From Schmidtea nova (lineage: Eukaryota): 64,000 bases of DNA. The stretch covers positions 174,778,001 through 174,842,000 of the forward strand of contig CM097882.1 of NCBI GenBank assembly GCA_044892505.1, in the 5' to 3' direction. Each line of letters starts with the position of its first letter. Position 1 is the first letter of the stretch. Made by a program: the position numbers and the translations under genes. Of the stretch, positions 10,720 to 23,713 are shown piece after piece. The notes beneath the pieces were generated by a model. The model worked only from the letters and a program-made list of their open reading frames with translations. It was not told the origin of the DNA and did no database searches.

Positions 10720-13700
10720 TGTGCGGCGCGCAAAACACAACATTTTGAATTTTCATTTTGGCCATCTTGTAGAAAATAAAATTCTGTCTATACATTGTTA
10801 CAGCGAGAAAAACGAATAATTTCAATTCTGGGTACAAATAAAGAAAAAAGAAAAAACGGGAGAGTAGGGGATAGTGAGGACACGGGGCCAAGCTTTTTAT
10901 TCCTAGAACTAGTATTTGATTATGATGATATGCCTATGAAACTGAGTGATATCCCAACTTTTGAACGAAAAAATCCTGGTTTGGCAATTAATGTGCTAAC
11001 TTATAATGATAATCAGTTATCTGATATGGATAATGTTGTAATGAAACACCCGCATTTGGATATAATTCATCGATGAAAAGTCTTAGATGGGAAGCAGATT
11101 TACTTATTATTATTAGAAAATAAAGATCACTTTCATTATACTGCAGTAATTAACATCGATCGTTTGATGAATTGTCATAAAAGCGCAAATTGTAGTGTTC
11201 AGATCGGTTGCAAGTGGTGCAAAAATTGTTTGAATGGATTCAGGAAGAAAAAAGCTTTTGAAAAGCATCAAGCATTGTGCAAGAAAAATCAATCGGGTAC
11301 AACTTTATATACTATGCCAATAGATAAAAATTTGGAATTCAAAAACTGGTCAAAGATAATAACACCTCCATTTGTTATTTATGTAGATTTTGAGTCGATT
11401 TTACCAAAGGATGACACTTATTTTCAAAAACATTTACCAATTTCAGCCGGACTCTTATTAATCAACAATTTTACCGGAATATCAAGTTATTATCAATTTG
11501 TAGGTGATGATTGTGTTTATCAATTTTTGAAGAAAGTAAAGATTATAGCAACAAAAATTGTTCTTCCATATTACATCAAAGAAGGGAAAAAGCCAATGTC
11601 ACCACTTTCGCTAGATGAAAAGCAATCATTTGAAAATTCAACAATTTGTTACTTGTGCACGAAACAGATGATAGAAAAGGTCAGAGATCACGATCATTTT
11701 ACTGGAAAATATATGGGTTCCGCATGTAATAAATGTAATATGTCAAGGAAAATCAATGAAATATTGCCCGTTGTGTTTCACAATTTGAGGGGTTATGATT
11801 TACACCATATCCTTAAGTATGGGTAAATCGTTTTCCGGATTGGAATTTAAGCTGTATTCCTCTTACAACTGAAAAGTTTTTATCGCTTATTGCATACATT
11901 GGTGGGATTTCAATTAAATTTATTGACTCTTATCAGTTTGTCAATGACTCCTTAGCTAAAGCCGTCAAAATATTGAACCACTTACCCATTACAAAATCAA
12001 AATTTAATGGAATTATAGTAGAATCAAAAGGAATATTTCCATATAACTTTGCCACTAATCAAGAAGTTTTGGAAACAACAACAGAATTACCCCCAATCTG
12101 GGATGGGGTTTCAAAAGAAGAATATGAAAAAGCCCAACATATATGGGAAGAAACACGTTGTAAAACGTTGATGGATTATCAGTTAGTTTATTTGAAACTT
12201 GACGTGTTTCTATTGGCTGATTTCTTTCAACAGTTTAGGGCTAAATCTATAGCTCATAATCGATCGGAACCATTGAACTTTTATGGAATCCCTGGAATGT
12301 CTTGGGCATCATCACTTATGACTTTAGATGAACCAATTGAACTGATACGAGAAATGGAAATGTTTAATTTTTATGAAGGAGGAATTCGAGGTGGCCTTAC
12401 CTTTGTGAACAAGCATTATGTTAAATCAGATACAACTACAGAGCTATTGTACATAGATATCAATAACATTTATGGATGGGCTTTAAGTCAAAGCTTGCCG
12501 TGTGGAGACTTTAGCTGGATTCATTCAGATCTAGATAAAATCTTAGACGAATGCAAGAATTTAGAATTAGAAACGCTTCCGTATGGCTATACCGCAAAAG
12601 TTGATTTAGAGATCTCTTCAGAAATTCATGATTTCTTGGATGATCTACCTGTAGCAGCAGAAAAAATGTGTGCTCCAGGATCTAAAGTAGAAAAGTTAAT
12701 GTTGACACACTATCCAAAGAAAAATTATGTAATTCATTGGCGGTTACTTCAAATGTTTATATCATTAGGTGTAAAAGTAATCAATATACATAGAGCTGTT
12801 AAATTTAAACAGGTTGCTATTTTCAAGAAGTATATTGATACAAATACTAAGCTAAGAGCTGAGTCTAATAATAGTCTCGATAAGAATTATTATAAGCTTT
12901 TGAATAATAGTCTGTACGGAAAAACAGTCGAAAATTTGAAGAAAGGAATGAATTTGAGACTGTAATACTGAACAGAAAATGATAACATATGCTTCCAAGC
13001 CAACTTTTCAAAGAAGTATCAAGATTGATGATGATTTAATAGCTGCCTTACCAAATAAAGACTATTTATTTGGATAGACCCAGCTATATAGGTCAATCAG
13101 TTTTGGATTTATCGAAACTTCGGATGTATCAGTTACAATATCTAAAGTTAGCTAAATATCGAGCACAATTCAGTTGCGAAATAAATATTGTTGCTGGAGA
13201 TACTGATAGTTTTTTCTTGGAATGTAAAAATGTTAAATTAGATACATTATTACTGGCAATGGTTAATGACAATCTCTTGGATACATCTAATTATCCTTCG
13301 GAACATCCACTCTTTTCCAGAAAATTGGATTCAGTTATCGGAAAGTTCAATGATGAAAGTAAAGGTAATGGATATAAAGAATGGGTCTTTTTAAGACCAA
13401 AATGTTACAGTTTGTTAGGGGAAAAAGAGTGCATTAAAGCTAAGAGTATCACATTAAAGGATACTAAACTGAATCATCAGTCGTACCTGGATTGTTATAA
13501 TAACATCAAAAGGTTTATAGTACCACAATGTCGAATTGGTACACAAAATCATCAATTATTTAGTTTTCAGCAGTCGAAAGTTGCTTTAACAAATGCCGAT
13601 GATAAAAGAATTTGGATTGAAAAGAATAAAAGTCATGCATATGGGTACTATGGTGATGAAAGAAAAATGAAAACAATTTACGGAGAATATAGTTTATAAT

Positions 13701-14310
13701 GAAATTATGTTATGATTAATAAATATAATTAGAAAATGTCTTAGTTTTTATTATGTTTAAATGAAATTTATAATAATTATATATATATATTTTTTAATCT
13801 GGATACTCAAGATTATTGTTAATATATATTTTGTGAGTGTTTATTTACTAGTGATTTAAAACGAGTTTCTAGTATCATTTAAACAAAAGACTTTATTAAC
13901 TTATTGGTAATATAAAACTAAAAAGTAGTTAAAGCAATATGTCAAATTTATTTAAATATATTTTAAGATTTAACCCTACTTTATCTTCCAAAATCTCCAT
14001 CAATCAATTGAAAATAAAAGTTATTTTGAAATCCCCACCAAATTTTATTTATACTAAATATTTAAAAACATCTTTTGTTTAAACACACTAAATATTCTAT
14101 ACGCACTATACACAATTAAAAGTCAATCTAATGTTCTTTTACGCACACTTAATTCCCGCAAAGATCCATACACTTTATTCCCACCAAAGTTCATGTATGC
14201 ATACCTAATTACCACCAAAGTTGGTTTACACACACTATAATCATTTTTTCGTAAATGTTAGGGGGAGAGGGAGGGGGGTAAGTGGGCCAGATGTGACACA
14301 TCATACTACT
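10720..14310 (+). mobile_element. Right-end fragment of a Polinton/Maverick
   Basis: pPolB followed by ~610 bp with short CCACCAAA(G) repeats and a G-rich patch, ending GACACATCATACTACT (14295-14310), i.e. an AGTAGT-type terminus. Confidence 0.8.
10725..13699 (+). pseudogene. polB: Protein-primed family B DNA polymerase of Polinton/Maverick (adintovirus) type, frameshifted
   Basis: ExoI YVDFESIL; CYLC..DHDHFTG..ACNKCN endonuclease VII-like Zn module; ExoII FHNLRGYD; KGIFPY; ExoIII YLKLDVFLLAD; GIRGG; motif A YIDINNIYG; motif B KLLNNSLYGKTVEN; motif C GDTDS; RPKCY; DDKR. Confidence 0.93.
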
Positions 14311-14566
14311 AACATACGTTTGCGAACAAACGTTCTCTGTTATGAACATGAACAAGTCGAAGCAACGTAACTGCCTTTCAAATGATAATTTACATTCAAT
14401 TCTACGTTTAGCAACAACAAACTTGACACCAAATATTTTAAAAATTGTTAATAAAAAACAATGTCATATTGCTCCAAATAAAAAATAAAATTAATTATTT
14501 CAACTAAATTAAAATGCATTTTTTGTATATAGAAACCGTGTTATAATTTAAAATTTTACAGATTAG

Positions 14567-16327
14567 GTGTTTTCTTCCAAATGTGACCCTCATAGAATGT
14601 ACATACTGAAAAGTCTGTGCATCCTTGTTAAACGTCATTACGAACAACATCAATCAAAATATGACAATTACGTAGGATTAATGAGACAAGAAAAATTGAA
14701 AGAGCTCAAGTTAGGTTTGAAAAAACAACAGTTACTGTTCAGTAAAGTATTGCAAGAAAGTGAAGCGGCGGTACATGCAAGCTACATCTTGCCCGAGTTG
14801 ATAGATAAACACTCGAAGCCTTTTACTGAAGATGATTTCATCAAGGAATGGCTTATTAAAGCTGGAGAAATTGTTTGTTTTTAGAAATATGAAGGCTTAT
14901 CAAACAATTTCTTGGCCGCCAATTTAAGTGATCATATCAAAGCAAAGTCATCTAGTTTCGAAAGTTTTTCCATTGCCTGTGACGAGAGCACGGACATTGG
15001 TAGCACAGCTTAATTAGCTGTGTTTCTTCGTTCTTGCGAAACGGATTTGAACATTTTTGAGGAACATTTGGACCTAATACTGATGCCTGATAATGCTACA
15101 GGACAAGATATATTTAATTGCGTTTTTAAACTTCTGCAGAAATACAATCTACCTCTGTCAAAATTAAATTCTGTAGCTACAGATGGCGCTCTATCAATGA
15201 CCGGAAAAAACAACGGCTTCGTAGCATTACTAAGGAAATCATCATGCACATTGTATTATACACAAAAATGTCCTATGCACGAATGTAATAAACATTAAAA
15301 ATGTTTTGTCATATAAAAAAAGTTATAAATTTTATAAGATCTCTAGACTTAAATCAGCGTCAATTCACTGCTTTCTTAAGTGATTTAGATAGTGCATATT
15401 TAGGTTTTTCCTACTATACCGAGGTACGTTGGTTATCTTGCTCCAAGATTCTCAAACAATTCTGGAATTTGAAAGAAGAATTATGTCATTTTTTAAAAAC
15501 TAGAAATCAAGACACAAGTTTGTTTTCCGATCCAATATGGTTTCAAGATTTACCTAACACTTAAACGAATAAAATTTATCGTTACAAGGAAAAGATCAGA
15601 TCATTACGAACATGTTTGACATAATTACATCATTCAAATGTAAGCTCTTTGGGAAAAGCAACTCAGAAATGAAGATTTGACGCACTTTCCGACGTGCAGC
15701 TTGAACAAATCAAGTTTAGATGATAAATTATCGTAAAAACAAACTCAGAAAAAATTCCAAATCTCACTTCTGAATTTGAAACAAGATTTAAAGATTTTAA
15801 TTCTTTGACATATTTTGTTTGTATTCTTCGATTTTCTCAATAATTATAGACTCAGTATCCAGTCATATGCAAATCGAGGTGATCAAGATTCAGTGCGACT
15901 CAAATTTGACGGCAAAATTCATTGAAGAGGATGTGCCTGAATTTTACAAATATTTACTAGCCAGGTTTAAAAATACTCAAAATTATCATATAAAATTACT
16001 TCCATGTTCGGTAGTACTTATCGGTGCAAGCAATTATTTTCTGTTATGAAAGGTAATAAGTCTACTGTTTAAAACAGTATTAATGACGTTTACCTTAGGT
16101 TAGTGTTGAAAGTCATCACTACGAACAAAATTTCTTCCGAAATAGGAAAGATAGTAGGAGAGAAGAGATGTTAAGTGTCAGGACGTAAACATTAAATTTT
16201 TATTGCTCTTTTATATGTTTATTATAATGTATTATTCGAAATAAACCTACGATTTTTCGAATATTGATTTTTTTGCGGCCCAACTTTTATGTTTGGTCTA
16301 AGTTAGTCTATGAGTTTGACACCTTTG
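14567..16327 (+). mobile_element. Second decayed hAT (SPIN/Buster-like) with right TIR
   Basis: Transposase fragments (KRHYEQH, FSIACDESTD, VATDGALSM, EVRWLS, STY..EQLFS-like tail). The right end TGAGTTTGACACCTTTG has reverse complement CAAAGGTGTCAAACTCA. Confidence 0.85.
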
Positions 16328-16682
16328 AGGTTAATAAAGCATGAATAATATGCAAAAATTCATTACAATACTAAAGAATTAACGAAATTATATATTTTTA
16401 TATGCATTACTAATTGTAAGGAAATCTTTTTCGGTATATGCAAAATTAAAAAGTAGTTATGCATGTCTATGAATAAAACTCCATTTTAAATTATCCAATC
16501 GAGAAGCAGTATATAAATAATTCTTCAATTGTATGTTCAGCTTGAATTTCAATAAATAAACATCTTGATCAAATGTCACGTTATAACCATAGACGAAAAA
16601 TTAAATAAGAAGTATTTTCATTTATGACAAGAACAAAAATTTTATTAAATTAACAAATTTTTTAATTTATATCGTTATATCA

Positions 16683-17251
16683 TTAGTCGTCTTTGTAACA
16701 GATAACCGCATTGTTTCGGTTGCAAACAATATTATTCCACAATCCATTTGGATAACGAGCTCCTTCCAAGCAATTTTCAACTCCAGGATTATTTGGTTCT
16801 CCTTGTTCCCAATTCCTGGAAATTGCAAAATCTTTTAACAATCCTGCTTATAAATAACAAATAATTCTTACGTGAAGGTCATTTTGCATCCACGATTATT
16901 TACCCATTTTCCGGTGACTTTTTTGTCATTGCCATCTATCCAATATCTGCCGAGGTTGTTCTTCTTGGCAAAGTTAAATACCATTTGCTAAAATATTAAT
17001 TCAAAATAATGCTGAGTTATGAATTTGCATACGTTTGTTCTATCGTCTTCGACTTTGACAAGTTTCATATTTTCTTCAATGCATAAACACGACGCAGTTT
17101 CATAATTCGTTTTTGTCGGTATTATTTTCAGTTGACTTTCAGTCAAACCTTAATAAAAGGTAAATTAATTGAAATCAAAGTCTTCAAAGGTCTTACCTTC
17201 ACACCTTTGAAGGACAAAAAGCAAAGCAAAAGCAGCTATTAAATGAAACAT
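16683..17251 (-). pseudogene. C-type lectin CTL-A copy 1, with a 1-bp deletion in exon 1
   Basis: Exons 17251-17198, 17148-17033, 16987-16872, 16815-16683, all with GT-AG introns (49/45/56 bp). The A-run at ~17217-17220 has 4 A versus 5 in copies 2 and 3, which shifts the frame into a TGA at the start of exon 2. Confidence 0.8.
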
Positions 17252-17790
17252 GATATTTGTTTTATTGAAAGTATTTGGTCATTTTATAATGATTTTATCT
17301 TTTTGTTTTCGAAAACAAATTTGCGACTTATGATATTAAAATTAATTATTGTGAGAATAATCATATGGAAAATGTATATATTCATAAGATATCAATTATG
17401 GCACCTTTAATATCCNNNNNNNNNNNNNNNNNNNNNNNNNNNNNNNNNNNNNNNNNNNNNNNNNNNNNNNNNNNNNNNNNNNNNNNNNNNNNNNNNNNNN
17501 NNNNNNNNNNNNNNNNNNNNNNNNNNNNNNNNNNNNNNNNNNNNNNNNNNNNNNNNNNNNNNNNNNNNNNNNNNNNNNNNNNNNNNNNNNNNNNNNNNNN
17601 NNNNNNNNNNNNNNNNNNNNNNNNNNNNNNNNNNNNNNNNNNNNNNNNNNNNNNTGAATCCACTAATTTATTAATTCTTTTATTTTTAATCATTTAATTA
17701 TTACTAACTGATGTGGATTTGCTTAAGTGACCTAATTTCCAAATAACTGTTAGTAAAGAGTTTAAATTACTATCTGTTATAGCTTTAGGG

Positions 17791-18907
17791 CAGTGATGGC
17801 AAACCTTTTGGCGGTGGGTCAAATTTAAATTTTTAAAAAAATAACATCGCGAGTCACATATTTCAATTAAATAGATTTATTATTAGATCAATTTTTATAT
17901 TCATTTATTTTTATTAAAAAAATTACAAAATATTCAGTATATAACTATTTTTTATTATAAATTAAATTAATGTGACATTGTTGCTGCTTTTGAGATGAAA
18001 ATTGTTGTACATCTGGATAGTATGTTATCGTTCTTAATCTTAGACATGCAGCAGTCAATTCTTTACTGAGTCAATTTCTTCCTGACGATTTTATATAATT
18101 CATGGCCGAAAATAGTTGCTCACAGGGATAAGTCGATCCGAATATTGTGAGTACAGCATATGCAAAATTTTTCATACCCATAAATGTGTTTGGCAAAGAA
18201 ATCCACGCTTGGAGTATAATATTTTCAATATTTTCTTCTGATTCATTAGAATTCATTTGGGAAACATTTAATTCTATTTTTTCAATTAAATCTTCAAATT
18301 AGTGTCTCCATAAAAAGCTATTTTGAAAAAAAGCTATTTTTTGAAATTCTTACTTAAAAAAATTTAGATAGTTAAAATTACTTACTAATTACTGAGAAAT
18401 TGTTTTTGAAATTATTAGATTTTTCTTTTATTTTATTTTTTTTAATTTGGAATTTCAAACACAGTTTGAAAATAAATATAATAGGTAACCACAAACACTT
18501 TTATTTAATAACACAATTCAACACATTGTACTTTGAGGCAACCTTATTATTTTTAAGGGCTGTCCCGAATTATGTATAATTATGGACATTATTCTTACTT
18601 TGAAACAATGTCCCATCTATCAATAATTAGATATTTAAAACTTATTTTATGGGATTTTGTTCCGTGGAGACATCTAGATTTTAGTAATAAATATTATTAT
18701 TTCACAAATATTTTGAGATTCATTTTCTATTACAAAGAAATATTTTAGAAACCAATTCTAGTTTATTCAATTATTTTAGGATTGGTTTGTGTTTTGTAAA
18801 AATTCAAAATCTACAATTTTAGAGAGACTTTCTGAACATTCTCGCGGGTAACTAAAGATTATCCATCGGGACTCCTTGACCTACGGGTCATAGGTTCACC
18901 ATCATTG
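17791..18907 (-). mobile_element. Non-autonomous hAT deletion derivative with a transposase C-terminal remnant
   Basis: TIRs CAGTGATGGCAAACCT and (reverse complement) CAATGATGGTGAACCT; flanking 8-mers CTTTAGGG/CTTTAAGG (7/8 TSD); ORF 18071-18256 contains FGSTYPCEQLFSAMNYIKS (hAT dimerisation domain). Confidence 0.88.
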
Positions 18908-21639
18908 CTTTAAGGTATTATAAGCTTGGGTTAATTTGGCATGTCGATAAGGGAAAAATCTTCGGATTCAATACTCCTCCGAAAATATTCAAGTGGAGCC
19001 GTGCGTTCTGGATAAAATTCCCATTCACAATCTGGAGAACCGACAACGACGAAAACTGCTATCGTGGAGGTCCCGTCTGGCCGATTTCAACAGATCGATC
19101 GTATTCCAACAAATTCGGCAGATTGATCATACTGATCAAGGATAAAATAAGCAGCGACCACAAGGGTAGTTTACTGGGATCACATTCTCCAATAAGAATT
19201 TGCGGAACTAAGGTTGACGTTGAAGACGTCTACAAGACCGATCAGGAGATCCCAGGAGGAAAAGCTTACTAGATTTTTTATCTCAGAATTGCGAAGGAAG
19301 CCCTTGTCCGAGGATCTGCAGATCCGGCAGGTTTTGCTCGGAACAATGATGTTGTATTCGACTGGTGTAATTATCGTTTGAATAAAAATTGTACTCTGTT
19401 ACTTTTTTTTGTTGTTAATAATACCTTTAATAAATTTAAATGGGCGGATCCGGACTCGGGTGCATCCGAATTGTAGAAACAATAAAACACATGAGAGAAA
19501 CAAAACCTTTAATATCTTTTGTTATTATAGGATGACAAAGCAACCTAACCACCAGGCCGAACTAGACAAAGCTCTTCTAATAAGGATAGGTCTGGAGAAA
19601 GAGATCGAGTGTAAGTCCTTCTAGTGGCAGCGGAAACCCGAAATGGAGAGGAGAGTGAAGAGTAGTTATTATGTTTTAATTAGTCGTTAGAATGGTTGAG
19701 TTACGAATATATTGGGTTATGATAGTTGTAGTGATGATAATTTATTTAGTTGTTTGTTGATTTTAGAAGTGAGGATGTTTCTTGTGGAGGAAAATGTAGA
19801 GCCCAAAAGAGTCTCCGGCAAAAAATATGTTAGGACAGTTTGGATAAGTGCTATGTACAGTTGTGTGAATGTGTGCGTGTGTATGTAGNNNNNNNNNNNN
19901 NNNNNNNNNNNNNNNNNNNNNNNNNNNNNNNNNNNNNNNNNNNNNNNNNNNNNNNNNNNNNNNNNNNNNNNNNNNNNNNNNNNNNNNNNNNNNNNNNNNN
20001 NNNNNNNNNNNNNNNNNNNNNNNNNNNNNNNNNNNNNNNNNNNNNNNNNNNNNNNNNNNNNNNNNNNNNNNNNNNNNNNNNNNNNNNNNNNNNNNNNNNN
20101 NNNNNNNNNNNNNNNNNNNNNNNNNNNNNNNNNNNNNNNNNNNNNNNNNNNNNNNNNNNNNNNNNNNNNNNNNNNNNNNNNNNNNNNNNNNNNNNNNNNN
20201 NNNNNNNNNNNNNNNNNNNNNNNNNNNNNNNNNNNNNNNNNNNNNNNNNNNNNNNNNTTTTATTTTTTTTCCAACTTTTTTAATTTCCCGTTATGGTTAT
20301 TTAAACTTTATTATTTTTTATCGATTTTTGTTTTTGATTTAATTTTAATTTTTATAATTTTTAAAATTTAATAATTGCTAATTATAATCAAGAATTCATG
20401 CACGCACACTACAATACACTAACAACAAAAGGGGCATCATGTGCCCGTAAGAAGAAAGCACATAATAAAAATCATAATAAAAATAACAATAATTTAACCT
20501 TACAGTAGTCTTTTTGAAAGCGCTCATCTGTTCACTCATCTCTCACCCTCTTACACAGTTCCAACATGGTGATCCGGGGAAATTGCCATGGGTATGTGAG
20601 TGGAGGATGTTATTTTTATGATTGGGATGTGTGCGACATATATTCCCTTTACCATACCAAGTCCTATGTCCACCACAACCAAAAGAATCCACCAACATTG
20701 TTTCTTTCTATTTGTTCCCAAAAGATCTATGCAAATTTAATTTTACCGATGACTTAAGCAATCTGCCCCCATTTGCGGACTCAACGACTCGAGTCCCCGA
20801 AAGTCAGCGACCCAGAGGGCCGTCATGACCTTGAATACCATGAATGTTATAAATCATTTTTAAACACAGAAATACTAAAGACGATTATGTATGAGGGGTT
20901 AACCAAATAAATCAAAAACAAACAATAAAGTTACTTGTATTAAGTTTTATTTAAGAACAATTTACGAGAATGTTCTATTATAATATCTTTTGAATTTGGA
21001 TCACAAATAGTGGATACTAACAGTAATTAATAAAAAGTTAAATAAAAAATTTTAAGTTGTCGGAAAAAGTCTTTTGTACTGAAATTGACTGCTCCTTTAA
21101 TACTGCTTTGCTAATACAATCAGCCAATCAGCTTTCTGTCGCCCCCGTAATTGGTTGTAAAATTTCAAAATTTTATTCAATTACATTTTTGGTTTTCCAG
21201 CCAATTATTTTCTTTTATTTTCTTATTCGTCCAATTCATTTTGAATTGTTTTTAATTTATTTTTATTTTATTTTTCATTTAATTTCCAATTTAGGGGTTT
21301 CGTCGGTAATTGTTTTAAATTATACTCTTTTTTTCATTTCTTTGATATTTCTATTCTTTCTTTTTCTATTTCATTTCTTATTTTTCTTTTATATAATTTA
21401 TTTTAATTTGTCTTTTAGTTTTAACTTGTTTTTTATTTCTTTTAACTATTTTATATTTATTCCTTCTTTTAGAGGTTGTATTAACTCGACAATAAATACT
21501 AAATATTATATAGTATACATTTGATATGGCTGATTATTTCATACTTGTTAACAGCATTGATCATTTATGTGCAATTTACTATGTAACACAGGAGTGGCCA
21601 ACCGGCGGCATTCTTATATTTATAACTATAGTACCTTCG

Positions 21640-21641
<2 letters not shown>

Positions 21642-21692
<51 letters not shown>
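21642..21692. repeat. (AT)n microsatellite (others at ~5265-5285 and ~9165-9190)
   Basis: Direct reading. Confidence 0.95.
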
Positions 21693-21695
<3 letters not shown>

Positions 21696-23043
21696 TTTAA
21701 ATTATTGTTATATATTATATAAGTATATATATTATTAAATTAAATATAGTTTATTTTACAAGTTAAGTAATCGTTGTTTTAATTTTGACAAAAAAATGGC
21801 AAGCAAACAAATTCAAATGCAAAGATTACAGTTTCATTTAATAAAACGCAGCAAACAAATTCAAATATAAAGATGAAAGATTTATTAAATAAAAAGCAGC
21901 AAGCAAACTCAACACCAAATATGGCGGTTTATTTAAATATGAAGAAGGAAGCAGTTCAAAACTCAACGCGTCGACATTTTTGTTTAAATAAAATTTTATT
22001 ATTTATTGTAATTTATTTCAGAGTTACTATAATAACCATAGAAATATATCTTGTTGTTCGTTCATTAGATATTTTCTTTTTATATCTAGTTATCTCCCTC
22101 AAATTTATCATTAAAAATTGATAAGTACAAAATTATTTGTAAACCCAGAAAAAGGATAAGAACAAAATATTCCATTTATTCTCATGTATGTGCGGTCCTT
22201 GAAACAATTTGGGTAGGCCAGAATTGACATATTGTGGGGGAAATTGATATATAGCGATGGCAAATGGAGAGACGTTTACGAATATGATAAAAAATATCAA
22301 TGGGGGATCCATAGAAAAAGTTATTCATTAAATAAAAATTAATTAAAAATTACTGAATAATTTATTAGTTATATAGCAAATCCGAACTAATGGAAAACCC
22401 GATATAAAATCTAATTATAGGATTTGCAATCCGAAATAATTGTCCAAAGTTATGAGACAACAATCATCTAAATTCTGCGAAAATTCAATTATAAAAAAGG
22501 ATAACATATTACATACCTATTGTAAAAATTTAATTGAAATGTTGACGCAATAAAATTACTATAAAAAAACAGCAGAGCGACGGTAAATCGCCAGTTTGGA
22601 AGAAGCAAAAAATTATTCTGGATTACAACACATTTAGTAAGTGAGGAGTGTGATTATCAGAAATCTAATATTAGCAAATCACAAGCGTATCAGAAAGAGC
22701 AATCTGCCCTTGGTAAACTTAACCCTTTCACTGTAATAAAGAAGAGTGCTGAGCGTCTTGCAGAAATTTAAAATTGTATTGATTTATCGTTTGTAAATTG
22801 TGGAATTCAATAAAGGTTATTGTGTTGGGTTTTGGTGATTTGTAATAATAGGAGCACGAGGAGTCAGAATAGAAACCGGCTCAAAATAAATAACCCAACA
22901 TTATTATTATTACTTTTATAATGGATATGTAAATTATTTAATTTTAAAAATATTATATTTTAAAAATTAAAAATTTTTAATATTTTTATTAATCAAATGC
23001 CATTGGCCTTAATTAAAATGGCTTAAGTGTAAAGAATTGGTCA

Positions 23044-23713
23044 CTAATTTTGTTTGTAGCAGATAACTGCATTTTTGCGATAACAATTCCCATCTCCCCA
23101 GTAGTCATTTGCGTATAACCCTTTCAAACAGTCGGCATCATCGTGATTATTTGGCAATCCAGGATACCAGTTACTAAATATAACACAAATGAAAAAGAAT
23201 ACACATTATAATGCTAAAAGTTACGTATATTTCATTTTACAACCGCTATTATAGACCCATTGGCCTTCAGTCTCAATATCATTTCCATTTATCCAATATT
23301 GGCCAGTTCGTTTCTTCCTTGCAAAATTATAAACCAAAGTCTGAATTATAAAAATAACTTTTAAAAAGTTACTTATTTAAACACAAAAACTTACATTTGT
23401 TTGTTTGTCTTTAATTGTTATCAACTTCATTTCTTGGGACTTGCAGAAACAAGCTGCTCCTCTATAAGTTACATTAAGAGGCAAAACGACAAGTTGGTCT
23501 TCGGTTATTTGAGCTGCTTATAAAATATAATTTAATTAATTAAAATTGTTAAGAAGGTTAATAAATGAAAATTCATCACAAATAAGCCTAATAATAATGA
23601 TATCAAGCATCACTCAAAAATGGGCAATAAATAATGTAAAAATATTTACCATTGAATTCTGATGGGAAAAGGGCAAAAATAACAAGAAATGGGAACATAA
23701 ATATTGGAATCAT
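23044..23713 (-). CDS. Secreted C-type lectin CTL-B copy 1 (143 aa, 4 exons)
   Basis: Exons 23713-23650, 23516-23395, 23340-23225, 23173-23044 splice in frame: MIPIFMFPFLVIFALFPSEFNAAQITEDQLVVLPLNVTYRGAACFCKSQEMKLITIKDKQTNTLVYNFARKKRTGQYWINGNDIETEGQWVYNSGCKMKYTNWYPGLPNNHDDADCLKGLYANDYWGDGNCYRKNAVICYKQN*. It has a signal peptide, a WIxG motif and the CTLD cysteines. Confidence 0.9.

Noticed and set aside
9194-16327. Single hAT with a Polinton inserted in it
   Set aside because: Both sides encode N-terminal-to-core transposase regions, the TIRs differ, and the flanking 8-mers do not match, so these are two different hATs.
18930-19640. Possible homology of this decayed frame (AAYFILD) to orphan ORF1 (LGYLLLD)
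   Set aside because: Only a few residues match by eye, which is not distinguishable from chance without an alignment.
21057-21524. 155-aa Phe/Ile-rich plus-strand ORF
   Set aside because: It is an antisense shadow of an A-rich (Lys/Glu) minus-strand frame in T-rich DNA.
22140-22800. Possible spliced gene remnant on the plus strand
   Set aside because: There are many stops in all frames and no recognisable motif.
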